64,000 nucleotides of DNA from Eledone cirrhosa (taxonomy: Eukaryota). The notes below the pieces were generated by a model. It saw only the letters and a program-made list of their open reading frames with translations, had not been told where the DNA came from and did no database searches. Of this stretch, positions 28,796 through 41,989 are shown in pieces; position 1 is the stretch's first letter, and each line of letters opens with the position of its first letter. A program made the translations under genes and the position numbers. Where the stretch lies: the NCBI GenBank assembly GCA_964016885.1, contig OZ024741.1, positions 320,912,001 through 320,976,000 on the forward strand, read 5' to 3'.

Positions 28796-29515
28796 ATATG
28801 TTGAAAAGGTAACACACTAGAGAGAGATACAGTGCGCTATCAATAAAACAGGGAAAAACCACCAGTGTATGGAATCTATAACCTATGAAAGGCAGGGTAG
28901 ACACACTATAATTAAAAATATAAATTAAAGTGTATATACATACCTCTATAACTATATAACACACGTACAAATCCAAAGAGACCTGTTTCGCCTGTAAATT
29001 GTTGACAGAAATGAAATAACCCATGGCTCATCAGCGTGTGTAAGTCTATACATTTCAGACAACACTAAGGGCATTTTTAAAGCGACCGTCCAGCTACACG
29101 TGGGAGAGGGAAGTCACAGCGTGTTTAAGGGCAGTGAACCAGTGGCCTCTGAGGGACGAGCTGCTATAAAGGGAAGCCCAAAACCACTCAGAGAGTGACT
29201 TCTCTCTCCCACGTGTAGCTGGACGGTTGCTTTAAATTCTCTTAGAGTTGTCTGAACTGTATAGCCTTACACACGCTGACGAACCGTGGTTATATCGTTT
29301 CTGTCAACAACTTACTGGTGAAACAGATCTCTTTGGATTTGTACGTGTGTTATATAGTTATAGAGGTATGTATATACACTTTAATTTATATTTCTAATTA
29401 CTGTGTGTCTACCCTGCCTTTCATAGGTTATAGATTCCATACACTGGTGGTTTTTCCCTGATTTATTGATAGCACCTTATCTCTCTAGTGTGTTACCTAT
29501 TCAACATATTGTATT
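28790..29515. mobile_element. Fold-back non-coding HHR element F5 (arms about 28790-29118 and 29194-29515)
   Basis: ~325-bp inverted repeat with a ~75-bp spacer. The left end abuts (TA)n. Confidence 0.88.
29269..29350 (+). ncRNA. Type-I hammerhead ribozyme (F5); inverted copy at 28959-29041
   Basis: ACACACG-CTGACGA-ACC...GGT-GAAA-CAGATC(TCTTTG)GATTTG-TA-CGTGTGT. The other arm has CTGATGA-GCC...GGC, a compensatory change. Confidence 0.88.
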
Positions 29516-29596
29516 TTAAAGAGCTCAGGATTCCTTCTCCTTTGAGCACATTATTGACATGGAATAGCGAGAGTCTATGACTCCGTTAATTATCCG

Positions 29597-29655
<59 letters not shown>

Positions 29656-29656
29656 C

Positions 29657-29699
<43 letters not shown>

Positions 29700-29787
29700 G
29701 TATATGTGTATATATATGTATATAAATGTGTGTATATATATATATATAGAGAGAGAGAGGGAGGGAGAGAGATAGATAGATAGATAC

Positions 29788-29836
<49 letters not shown>

Positions 29837-30006
29837 AGTACATTTTCATATGCATATATTTATGTATGTACACATATGTACGTACATCCATACTTACATA
29901 TTTATATACATACATGCATGCTTACATACATACATACATACACACAAACACAAAAACACACACACAAACACACACATACACACACACACACACATACACA
30001 CATATG

Positions 30007-30039
<33 letters not shown>

Positions 30040-30243
30040 GTGTAATCATGTGTATAGAGATGTGCTAATGCATCCGTTTATTTGTTTACAAACATAAACG
30101 AAGACATTGTAACGTTTGTAATGATTAAAAGAAACAATGAAATACAATAATTGTAATTAATTTAGATAAATATAAAAGGAGATAAGGTGGTTATCTAGGA
30201 GGGGGACTAGGAGGGGGAATTAACTTGAATAGCAGCCATGCGT

Positions 30244-30363
30244 GAAGAAGAAGAAGAAGAAGAAGAAGAAGAAGAAGAAGAAGAAGAAGAAGAAGAAGAA
30301 GAAGAAGAAGAAGAAGAAGAAGAAGAAGAAGAAGAAGAAGAAGAAGAAGAAGAAGAAGAAGAA
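30244..30363. repeat. (GAA)n microsatellite
   Basis: Direct repeat. Confidence 0.99.
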
Positions 30364-30365
30364 AT

Positions 30366-30733
30366 TATGGAGAGGGAAGTGCTTTCTTGCCAGCAATTTG
30401 TTCAAAGATGAGTGAGAGAGACAAGCATGGCCCGAGTGAATGGCATGCTCAGAGTATGCGCCTGTAAATTGGAGGTGGAAAACTGGGAGAGGGCTATTGC
30501 CCTGGTGGTCAGGGTCACCGTGGCTTTTTTAATGGCCTTTCTCTACGAGTGTCCCTCGGAAGTCTCCCCCATATTGGAGAATTTTCCTTTGTTTCTTTTT
30601 TCTGTCATTTCCTTTGGGTTTTTTTCTTTACACGCAGAAATGCCCCTTTGTACCGTCCTGTACCGTCCTGTACCGTCCTGTGCTGTCCTTAATGATATAC
30701 TTTAGGTGAACCCTTGAGGTTATTAAAAAAAAC
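30366..30733 (+). mobile_element. 3' fragment of a Tx1/L1-type LINE with an A-tail
   Basis: MEREVL..QQFVQR*V....MARVNG matches the C-terminus of the LINE at 59690-59775 (ERWVKVARMARVN). It ends in ATTAAAAAAAAA. Confidence 0.7.
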
Positions 30734-30740
30734 ATTATAC

Positions 30741-30786
<46 letters not shown>

Positions 30787-30787
30787 G

Positions 30788-31133
30788 GACTTGGCAGTAT
30801 CAGTATAGTGTCAGACAATAGGCTTTGCGGCATATAGTTGCGTCCCTTTACGTTCTGAGTTCAAATCCCGACGAAGTTAGTTTTGCCTTTCATCCTTACA
30901 AGTTCGATAAAATAAAGTACCAGTAACTCACTATGGGTCGATTTAATCAAATTTCCACTCCCCTCAAATTGTTGGCGCCATGCTTTGAGGCATGGAGTTA
31001 CGTCTCTTGCCATTCTGAGTTCAAATCCCGCCGAGGTAAACTTTGCCTTTCATCCTTACGGGGTCGATAAAATAAAGTACCAATAATGCACTGGGTAATT
31101 GCTGGCCTTGTGCCAAAAGTAGAACCAATTATT
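30788..31133 (+). mobile_element. Two adjacent SINE family A copies
   Basis: The GAGTTCAAATCCCG..TTTGCCTTTCATCCTTAC core is present twice. Confidence 0.82.
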
Positions 31134-31227
31134 AAACACTCACAGATATATACATACATACATACATACATACATACATACATACATACATACATACATA
31201 CATACATACATACATACATACATACAT

Positions 31228-31645
31228 AGCCTGGCATGGAGTTCCGACAAATTTATGACATGACACCTTGAGGGATATCTCTATGCAATACAGGAACAAG
31301 AACTCCCTACCAATTATCTGCTACACAAATGGGGAGGGCCATCAGCTGCAGTAATGCACTGGGTAATTGCTGGCCTTGTGCCTAAAGTAGAAACAATTAT
31401 TGGAGCTACGGGTTATATACCAATCCGCTTGAACCAAAGTATGACTGAACTTGGATTTGCGGACAAAGAGCGCAGCTCCCTAATTCATAGTTTCCAAATG
31501 GCTTCGATAGCTGGCACCTTCAAAATTTGCAAAAACATTCTTGCGATTCAAGAGATGACAATTTCTTTTCCTTTACAACCTTGCCACCAGGAAGGTGGCC
31601 GGTCAAAAAAATATACTCGAAATTAAAAGAAAGAGATAACATACA
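31228..31645 (+). mobile_element. Truncated chimeric copy of the R4-type LINE between TACA repeats
   Basis: 31228-31349 matches 35532-35652. 31400-31640 matches 36078-36303. A SINE-A tail lies between them. Confidence 0.88.
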
Positions 31646-32090
31646 TAATGGCTGCCACCTCGTTATCGAGTATGGCCATTGCATGATATACCATTATTAA
31701 TAATTATGCAATGCCTGTGCGTGAAAATATTTTTTAAAGTGAGGAAACACTGTGCACTGAGCCAATCCCACTCTCTGAGCGACAGTAGCTATAACCCGAA
31801 AAGAAGAAAAGATCAACATCATCGGTAACTACTGAGCTGCGGGTTTTATATCGGAGTTATCCAAGTTTCCTGAGTTGCCTTCTCCTAAAAGAATGCCCTG
31901 ACAAAAGCTAGGAGTCCTTCACTCCCACTGGTTTAACCGCGCGAACGGGTGTCCAGCCCAACTATTTCTATGTCCCCGCACATATACATACATATGTATA
32001 TGTGTATATACATATTTTACACACTACTGGATGGCCGTTGACTCTTATGAGTTCTTCCGCCCAAACAAACATACATACATACATACATAC

Positions 32091-35000
32091 AATGGCAACC
32101 GTTGTGGTCAGTGTCCGATAATCGGACGTGTATAATTACGGCTTACATGAAGGCAACATACCATATATTGGAAAAAGTTGAGCTACATTACGCGGTAAGA
32201 TTACATACAATAATTCTAGATAAATGTTTGAACTGTAAGTGTGTTGTAAAACACCTATTTATATGAACGATACATACACTTATGATATATGAACGATACA
32301 TACACTTTCACATATAAATGCAACGTTGTTATATTACATTTGTAAAGAAATATGCAAGTAACTTTTTCGATCCAGAAACAAAAACATAAGTGTTTGAACT
32401 GTGAATATGTTGTGAATATGTTGTAGAACACCTATTTATATGAATGATACATAAACTTTAACATATAAATACAGCGTCGTTATATTATATTACATTCATA
32501 AAGAAATATACTAAGTAACGTTTTTTTTTTGTTCTCGATTCAAACGATTCAAAAACAACGTTTAAAACACAGTTGTAGAATTAAAAACTAACTGAAAAGA
32601 AATGTTACTCAAGCTGTGAATAACTTTAAATTTGATTCTGACAGAACTTTGTCGAAACTTTTAAAGAAGATCGTCGACTATTTTGAAAAATAAATACAAA
32701 AGATTAGTGAATAGACGAACTCATCATGGCAAAACGTATAAGTCTCCTTCGACCAAATCGCAACTACAACCGTTGTATACAGTGGAGCTACGAGCTTAAC
32801 AAAGAATTATATGAAGCATACAAACAATCTGAACCCCAAAAGTTCGGTTTTATGCAAAGGCTAAAACCTTTATGGAACTCCAAACACCCAGAATTAGACT
32901 TTTCTCCAAAGCATTTAAATAAACAGGCAAAACGTATCATTAGATGTAAATTGATACATCTAACGGAATTGAGTGATTCTACAAATACAACCCTTGTAGA
33001 CAACCACCCCACTTCCACTGACAGACAAAGAGAATGGTCAGCTAAATCTTACAGTGACCAGCCCACCAACAATTTTGCTGAAATCCATCCCACTTCCACT
33101 GAAGAACAGCGAGAATGGTCAGCTAACTCTAGTAGTAATTGTCACCACATCAACAACGAGGCTGAAATTCATAACTGTACTGTACAAACAGAACACCGAA
33201 AACTTGTGGACACCTTACAAGTAGTATGGGATAATATGTTTCAAGAGATACACAGCCTTAATGTGAGTGACAGACCATACAACACCAGAATCAGTAAAGA
33301 ACCCACTAAATTGGAATTGGAGGCGGTGAACGAAATAGCTGACAATTATCTGAAGACTATACGATCCAAAGGTGTAGAAACGACATTTGAAATGCTTAAC
33401 ATTTTGTTATATATTTCAGCTGTCACATTGCTATTATATAAAAAAAACAAATAAAACCACGCAATCAAGATACAAACAAAAAGCTTGAACCAGCGTGAAT
33501 GCGAAATTTAAAAAGCAAAATGTTGTCCCTGAGACGAAGTATCTCACACATCGCAGTCGTTATGAAATGCAACATAGAGAACAACTTCAAACGACACCAG
33601 GGAGACGTAAAAAAATAGAGAGACGATTTGGAGATACAAAATTTAAAACTTTAAACTCCAAATTACACCAGTTGAAACAACAACTCACAGCTACAACAGA
33701 AAAACTAAAATATAAGTCAACAGCACATAAACGACAAGTGCTAAATAGATTGTTTGCCAGAGATCCTAAATCAGTTTATCGCAGCTTTGGTGGCAAAAGC
33801 TCAATCTCTGTAAATGTCACCCCTTCAAAAGAACAGGTTGAGAGCTACTGGAGATATGTATGGGAAACGGATGACGGATTCAACAGACAAACTAAATGGC
33901 TAAAAGAACAGGAACAGGACTACTGTCAACATGTCCAGACAAAACAGTATGACATAGATGGATCAATACTGAAAACAGCTCTACAGAAAATGTCGAATAA
34001 GAACTCACCAGGCCCAGACCTCATAACAGGATACTGGTTGAAGAATTTCACTTTCTATCGGCAAGATCTCATACAGCTGTTTGCAGAAACCACTAAAGGC
34101 ACACAAGAACTGCTCAAATGGTTATCAACTGCCACTACGCTCCTTATTCCCCAAAATAGCCAAACCACCCTTGCTAAAAATTACCTCCCAATAGCCTGCC
34201 AAAATATCATGTATAAATTATATACTGGGTGCCTTAACCTGTTATTACATGATCATTGTGCTACCAACAACATTATAACATCTGAGCAAGCTGGTGGAAA
34301 GAGGGGAGTGTGGGGTTGCATAGATAACCTACTAACAAATAAAATTATTCACAAAAAAACAACAAAGAATCGCAGAAACATGACTGTGGTGTGGCTGGAC
34401 TATCAAAAAGCATTTGATAGTGTACCTCATGGGTGGATTGTTAAGGCTTTACAGTTATCCAAAGTCCCACAACCACTGGTAGCTGCTGTTGAACGTCTTA
34501 CCAAGAACTGGTACACCAATTTGATCCTAGGAGGTGAGAAGAAGCAGGTTAAGACTGATGAGATACATTACCAGAAGGGCATCTTTCAGGGTGATAGCTT
34601 GTCAGTGCTATTCTTTGTTCTCTCACTAAATCTACTAACTTACCTGCTTAGAAAACAAGGTGGACAAAGAAGTGGGTCCAGAAGTATCTCCCATCTTTTC
34701 TTTGTTGATGACCTGAAGTTGTATGGGCCAAATATCAATGACATCAAGAAACAATTGGACCTCATTACACAATTTTCAACAGACATCAAAATGAAATTTG
34801 GTGAGTCCAAGTGTGCATATTTGGCAGTAAAACGTGCAAGAGCTGTGCCCTCCTCTAGAAATCTAGAGATGAACGGCCTGACAATACAACCTCTACAGTC
34901 AGGTGACAACTACAGATATCTTGAACAGGATGAGAATGTCAGATATGATGGACCCATAAATAGGGAGAGAACCAGAACTGAATACCTCAGAAGAGTAAAG

Positions 35001-36303
35001 AAAATATGGTCATCAGAAGTGTCAGCGTACAAAAAATACATTGCCCACAATACTTATGCTGTGCCAATTCTAACGGCAACATTTGGCCTGCTGAACTGGT
35101 CATTGCAAGAACTAAGTGAGATAGATGTTAGAACTCGCAAACTTCTCAGTGTTACTGGGAACTTTAACATCAATGGTGATGTGGATAGGCTATACTTCTC
35201 ACGCAAGGAAGGTGGCCGGGGTCGAAAATCTATATTAACATCATATGAGACTCGGATAGTAACACTGAAGCAACATTTTCAACAAAGGAAAAAAGTTGGC
35301 AACCATCTTGCCCAGGTTTATGAGCATGAAGAAAAAAATATCATTAGGGTAGCCACTGATCTGGAGGAGAGATATGGAATAAAGCCTGATATAAATCTCT
35401 CACCCAGAGAAATCGGAAGATCCTATTCAATGTTCAAACAAGATGAAAAAATTGACCAATTTACAGAAAAAGTTGTGCATGGATACTTGAGACGTAAAAC
35501 ACAGACCATAGAGGGGATAAACCACTCAAAAAGCCTGGCATGGAGTTCCGACAAGTTTATGACATCACACCTTGAGGGATATCTCTATGCAATACAAGAA
35601 CAAAAACACCCTACCAAATATCTGCTGCACAAAAGGGGAGGGCCATCAGCTGACAATAGATGTACGCTATGTAAAACAAAGATCGAAGATGTAAGCCACA
35701 TTGTTGCCAGCTGCGAAAGAATGTCATCTCGCTACTACCTCCCCATGAGACACGATGGGATAGCTAGAACCATCTGGAACGCACTTCGGAAAACAAAATT
35801 AAAAACAAACGAGGAAGAATATATTGAGACAGATGGCACTAAAGAATACTGGTGGAACCTGAAAATAAAAACTGCCACCAAATTAAAGCACAACCGGCCT
35901 GATATTGTTGTTTGGGACCACACATTGAAAACGTGTTCTGTTGTGGAGATCAGCTGCCCACTTGATGTAAACGTTGTCTGAAAAATACAGGAGAAGGAGG
36001 ACATCAACGGACCATTGATGAGGAGTTTACAAATCCAGTATCCAAGATGCACCTTTAGCTTCATACCCATCAATATTGGAGCTACGGGTTATATACCAAC
36101 CCGCTTGGACCAAAGTATGACTGAACTTAGATTTGCGGATAAAGAGCGCAGCTCCCTAACTCAAATGGCTGCGATAGCTGGCACCTTCAAAATTTACAAA
36201 ACATTCTTGCGATTCAAGGGATGACAATTTCTTTTCTTTTACAACCTTGCCACCAGGAAGGTGGCCGGTCAAAAATATACTCGAAATTAAGATAAAGAGA
36301 TAA
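32091..36303 (+). mobile_element. R4/Dong-type non-LTR retrotransposon (RT plus restriction-like endonuclease) in (TACA)n
   Basis: (TACA)n lies at 32070-32090 and 36305-36407. The 5' boundary is inferred from the microsatellite. Confidence 0.8.
32726..36224 (+). pseudogene. Single ORF of the RLE LINE, broken by a frameshift (between about 33440 and 33495) and an in-frame TGA (35979-35981)
   Basis: RT motifs SPGPD, WLDYQKAFDSVPH, GIFQGDSLS and HLFFVDDLKLY. CCHC finger CTLC....EDVSHIVASC...RHD. RLE motif HNRPDIVVWD...VEISCP. The frame continues after the TGA as KIQEKED...IPINIGATG. Confidence 0.93.
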
Positions 36304-36419
36304 ACATACATACGTACGTACATACATACATACATACATACATACATACATACATACATACATACATACATACATACATACATACATACATACATACATA
36401 CATACATACTTTTATTTAA

Positions 36420-36755
36420 CCCATAATTTCTTTGTGGATGACCTGAAACTCTATGCCAAGAACATAGATGGGATGAAAAAAATCTTGACCTGGTTACAAC
36501 ATTCTCAAAGGATATAGGAATGGAGTTTTGCCAAGATAAATGTTCATATATGACTGTAAAGCGGGGAAAAATAACAACCCAATCTAGCAACATTGTCATC
36601 AATGGCCTAACTATTTCCCCGATATCTGATGAGGACTACTACAGATACCAGGGGATAGATGTGAACATATCCTACAATGGTATTTGTAATAAGGAATGCG
36701 TAACCAGGGAATATTACACCCGATTAAGAAAAATGTGGCCATCGGAACTGTAAAA
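36420..36755 (+). pseudogene. RT fragment of a second, diverged R4-type LINE
   Basis: FFVDDLKLYAK, then DIGMEFCQDKCSYM...NGLTISPI..EDYYRYQG.D.NI.Y.G..NKE....EY..RLRKMW.SEL. Confidence 0.82.
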
Positions 36756-36973
36756 CATTCCAAAAATTCTGCATCTAATAACTGCAGATACACTTGTACA
36801 GATACAAAGCATATGCACACGCACACATACAACTCTAAACCTACACATCCACACATACAATAACATCCATACCTGCTCACACATGCATGATAAATTTTAA
36901 AACCAGAAGAACATACATACATACATACATACACGCATAAACACACACAAACACATACATACTCACATATACA

Positions 36974-37014
<41 letters not shown>

Positions 37015-37475
37015 GGTGTGGGGCTGGAAAATATAGCAATTTTGTAAACATCAGTTTGAAATGAGAAAAATTTACCTTCTCGTATGAGTAGAATGTATTT
37101 CTCGTTTTCGTCACAAAAGCACTAATGGTGACACCTGTTTGCACTAAATAACTTCTAATATTTGTTTGTAACTTTACGTATCAGTCACGTTGGAAGGCAG
37201 AGCCATCTTAACGACAAAATAGAAAAAAAAACTAAGAACGTTGTTTATCATGAAAACATTAACTGAGAATTGTTTGCCTGTGTTTTGATAATTGAACAGT
37301 TTATTGAATCGTATATGTATGGTACAAAGAATATAACCGGTGAGTTTCAAGCATTATTCGTAGAGAAAATTATTATGATTTTACTTCAAGAAGTGCTATT
37401 GATTTGTCTGTTCCCTGCAACTACGTATGTACAACTGTACAGACTCTGAAATATTTGTACAAATCTGGCACAGGA

Positions 37476-37551
<76 letters not shown>

Positions 37552-37574
37552 ATGTGTGGGGGGGTGGGGGGTGT

Positions 37575-38280
37575 AGTATGTTTGGCAATATACCGTATGT
37601 TTAATTAAAAACATTTAGAAGACCATTCGCTATCAATTTTAAAGTAGTGACTATGTCACTTACTTATTCTCGGTAAAGGCAGAGAGAGAGGCTGATAGTC
37701 TGTTTCTCGCTGTTTGGCGTTTATCAAAACCACACACTCCTCTGCTTCCGCCGAAAATTATAGTAGCTGGATTCTTATAGAATTCCAGTAATAATCAGGA
37801 GCTGATTACATAGAGCGATTGCCGGTCCAGCCAAAATTAGGTATTAAGATTGGTGCTCTGAAATAGCGATGTATACATGAATGTATGTATAGTATATTTG
37901 GCAATATACTGTATGTTTAATTAAAAACATTTCAGAGCAGCAATACTAATACCTAATGTTTGCTGGACCGGCTATCGCACTGTGTAATAAACTCCTGATT
38001 ATTACTGGAATTCTATAAGAATCCAGCTTCTATAATTTTCGATAAAGGCAGGGGAGAGCGTGGTTTTGATAAACCCCAAACAGCGAGAAACAGACTGTCA
38101 GCCTCTCTCCCTGCCTTTGCCGAGAATACGTAAGTGACAAAGTCACTACTTTAAAATTGAGAGCGAATGGTCTTCAAAATGTTTTTAATCAAACATACGG
38201 TATATTGCCAAATATATATTGCCAAATATATTATATATACATTCATGTATACATCGCAATTTCAGAGCACCAATACTAAT
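37575..38280. mobile_element. Fold-back non-coding element F10: a 316-bp permuted unit plus an inverted copy, carrying a U3-A8 hammerhead
   Basis: TTTGGCAATATAC recurs at 37581 and 37897. 37930-38280 is the reverse complement. Confidence 0.82.
38062..38103 (+). ncRNA. Type-I hammerhead motif, U3-A8 variant (F10); inverted copy at 37690-37731
   Basis: GGTT-TTGATAA-A...GCG-A-GAAA-CAG(A)CTG-TC-AGCC. Stem I is extended by GGCAGGGGAGAG/CTCTCTCCCTGCC. The other arm has the intact stem II CGC/GCG. Confidence 0.65.
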
Positions 38281-38289
38281 ATATATATA

Positions 38290-38884
38290 TGGTGGCTGCC
38301 AACTCGTTTTCGAGTACGGCCACTACTTTATATCCATGTAGGAGAACGCCTACCGATGCGCTGAACGAGTGTGACTTTTTAGTCCAGCCAGCGTATTGAA
38401 AACTCTGGTACAAACACTACACTTGTGACAATTATTGACACATAGTGCTGGGCCCATGGTACCATGTGAGGACAAGTGCAGAGAGATCTCCAGATATAAA
38501 GCAATGCCTGTGCCGTGAAGCTTTTATAGTGAGCAAAGGCACTGCACAAAGCCAGTCCCACTCTCTTAACCAAGATGATATTTATCAAAAAGAAGAACAA
38601 GTCAACATCATTGGATACCATCAGGGTTGCAGGTGTTATATCAGAGTTTTCCTTCTCTTAGAATTCTGCCTGGACAAAGGCTAAGGGGTCATCTCTCCCG
38701 GTGATTTTGGATGGCCATTGACTCTTAAGAGCTCCTTTGCCCTTTGACAGATTTTGTTTTTAGTCCTGCTGGATGTCCAAAGTCACCCTCCTCACCAAGA
38801 AACCTTGGTGGGGTTGCCAGTTTAGTCGCCAACGTCCCGACCATGAGACAGGTTGTACTGGGATACATGTTACCAGTAGCACCA
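38290..38884 (-). mobile_element. ~600-bp dispersed repeat (likely a non-autonomous retroelement); highly similar copy at 50208-50803
   Basis: Two near-identical copies, with related fragments at 47230-47390, 24780-25200 and 31650-32062. The strand is inferred. Confidence 0.7.
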
Positions 38885-38958
38885 TATTATACATATATAT
38901 ATATAAATATACACAGTTGACAGTTGAAAATTGCAAATTTGACTGTCACCACACATTA

Positions 38959-38997
38959 TGAACCTGAAGATTGCAAAAGCATGAAAGTACTTGTTCA
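38959..38997 (+). ncRNA. Minimal type-I hammerhead ribozyme (F6) in the repeat 38915-39165; second copy at 62343-62381
   Basis: TGAAC-CTGAAGA-T-TGC(AAAA or GAAA)GCA-T-GAAA-GTAC-TT-GTTCA. Confidence 0.8.
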
Positions 38998-39162
38998 ATT
39001 AACACTTAACATTTAACATTTAATATTCTATCATGCTATTTCATTATAATACCATTATAAATGTTAAAGGATTGTAAATAAAACGAGTAAATCAGACAAA
39101 GTTGGAATTCCTCTTATTAATATAATTTTCTATACACAATCATACACACCCGTGTATATTTA

Positions 39163-39221
<59 letters not shown>

Positions 39222-39244
39222 ATGTATATATATATACTTATATA

Positions 39245-39279
<35 letters not shown>

Positions 39280-39358
39280 ATGTATATATATATACTTATA
39301 TATATTTATATATATATATATATATATATATGTGTATGTATATATATATACTTATATA

Positions 39359-39420
<62 letters not shown>

Positions 39421-39510
39421 TATATATATGTACATACATATATATATACACATATATATATATATAAATATATATATAGTAATATATTTATTACATATAT
39501 ATATATATAC

Positions 39511-39586
<76 letters not shown>

Positions 39587-39592
<6 letters not shown>

Positions 39593-40412
39593 AATTAGTA
39601 TATTTACCAACATATATATACAGATGTATACCTATGCTAACAAATATATAGGTTTTATCTTAGTAACTTTGTGGTTCAATGCAAGGGGATGCAGAACAAT
39701 TATATGAAAGACGTCAAATAAGAAAATTATAAAAATTTACTTACTTACTAAAATTTCACTCCAACTAATTAGTTTCTGAAAGGGAATAAACATGGTTTCC
39801 GATTGGAACAACATGGAGAAATATCCTTTCGTCATCAGGGAGATCTTTTCTCAGCTAAGTTCCCAGGCAAAGCGTGGACACAGGGAACTTATACAAAAAT
39901 AATTCAGTGGATGGAAAAAAGCAAGCGAGGACTAGATTCCAGGACATTGAAAAAATCACTGCCTACTTAGTCGGTGGCGAATTCAAAAGAATCAATCACG
40001 TGGCATCGAGGTCAATCAGTGAGGAGTGAGGGTGCTAATAAGACAGTAGCCTGGCTATTACTATGAAGCATAGCAGTAGTTTTGGAAAATTTTTGCTCAA
40101 CAAAATAATTTGGAGGTAATTATAAAGAATTAGTATATCTACCAACATATATATACAGATGTATACCTATGCTAACAAATATATAGGTTTTGTCTTAGTA
40201 ACTTTGTGGTTCAATGCAAGGGGATGCAGAACAATTATATGAAAGACGTAAAATAAGAAAATTATAAAAATTTACTTACTTACTAAAATTTCACTCCAAC
40301 TAATTAGTTTCTGAAAGGGAATAAACATGGTTTCCGATTGGAACAACATGGAGAAATATCCTATAATATCCTATAAAATTATAAATATCTTATAATTTTC
40401 TTATTTTACGTC

Positions 40413-40420
<8 letters not shown>
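39587..40420 (-). mobile_element. Non-coding HHR element F7, a ~1.45-mer of a 535-bp unit with a short terminal inversion, between (TA)n tracts
   Basis: AAAGAATTAGTAT occurs at 39589 and 40124. HHR at 39759-39842 (-): CTCC-CTGATGA-C-GAAAGG...CCTTTC-A-GAAA-CTAATTAG-TT-GGAG. Confidence 0.85.
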
Positions 40421-40496
<76 letters not shown>

Positions 40497-40499
<3 letters not shown>

Positions 40500-40591
40500 A
40501 AATTGCCTTGTCTGACGAACGAATGGGGACGTTTCTTGTATTCGTCTTATTCGGGAAACCTCTGGTAATGAGGTAATTATATTGTATTGTT

Positions 40592-40649
<58 letters not shown>

Positions 40650-40745
40650 AACAATACAATATAATTACCTCATTACCAGAGGTTTCCCGAATAAGACGAA
40701 TACAAGAAACGTCCTCATTCGTTCATCAGACAAGGCAATTTAAAA
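40497..40745. mobile_element. Fold-back HHR element F8 with a (TA)n spacer; further copy at 58305-58405
   Basis: CCTTGT-CTGACGA-A-CGAAT..ATTCG-G-GAAA-CC(TCT)GG-TA-ATGAGG at 40506-40573. An inverted copy with CTGATGA lies at 40668-40736. Confidence 0.78.
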
Positions 40746-41514
40746 CATAGTGAAATATTTGAAAAATCTCCTCAAGATAGGCAAAGGTTTAACGGGCAAA
40801 ACAAATATATAAACAAAAGTAATGCAAGAGATATATAAAAATAAAATAAGGAAATATAGTAAGGGTATGTGTATAAATGTGTGTATATGCACCTACAAAT
40901 GTACATAAGTGTGTATGTACAAATGCATGTGTATAGTGAAAAAATGTGTGCGTAAGTACATACATGAGGGAAAGCATATTAGTGTATGTGTGACCACAAA
41001 TACGTATATAATATATGTTGAAAACTAAATTGTAAGAAAATAGAGTTAGCGTACATACAGACTCGGGGACTAAGGATTGCAATATATACACTTACAAGCA
41101 TGAAAGCACGCGTATAAACATACACACATGCGCAACCACATACATGTATGTGATATATACAGGGAAGGGAGTGTATCAGTCAAAGCAGTGTCAGACTGAA
41201 GGTCGATACAGATATAAAAATATAAAATATGGAAATGAAATAATATATTAGAATAAAAATTAAATCAAAGAGAAAGTAAGAGGGAGGGGTTATCAATTAT
41301 AAAGTAACACTAGAAAAAATAAATAAAAAAATAAATAAAAAGTAGAAAACATACAGAGGTTCGTACGCACATATATATATTTATAAAAAATATATAAATA
41401 TATACGTACAGACAAAAACACATACATGCGTACATACATACAAAGGCACGCATACATACACACGATACACATATATATACATACATGTACATCTAATCAC
41501 ACGCACGCACGCGA

Positions 41515-41552
<38 letters not shown>

Positions 41553-41901
41553 CAAGAAAGAAGATTGACATGGTTCACTATACAATAAGGGCTTTATTCA
41601 CATTGCTGACAATTGTTTCTTTGATCTGGCAGGTCTAGAGTTCGCTATACGCCTGATTTTGCCCAATCGATCTCCAATACTTTGTTTATAACCAGTCTAT
41701 TTAATCGGAGCGTGTGAAATGAAGAAAATACATAAGGCATGGTTTTTAAACCAGAACAATAATATCGATGATAAAATAAAATAACTCAAAATAAATCAAA
41801 CTCAATTCAAAAAGAATCAAGACAGATTTATCCACAGAATTTTGTGAAATCCAGGGAAAAATCAATAGAGCCTTAACTCAGAATAAAATATATATATAAA
41901 T

Positions 41902-41956
<55 letters not shown>

Positions 41957-41989
41957 GTGAAAAAAAAGTCAAACGACTATAAATAATAA

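Noticed and set aside
35979-35981. In-frame TGA in the R4-type ORF as selenocysteine or programmed readthrough
   Set aside because: It is not at a Cys position, I saw no SECIS, and the ORF also has a frameshift. A nonsense mutation is the simplest explanation.
37815-37860. GCCGGTCCAGC resembling a twister ribozyme P4 loop
   Set aside because: It lacks the closing CGG strand and the pseudoknot partners. The unit's ribozyme is better explained by the U3-A8 HHR.
38445-38684. Near-identical 79-aa ORF here and at 50364
   Set aside because: The conservation reflects recent repeat duplication. It has a GTG start and no recognisable domain.
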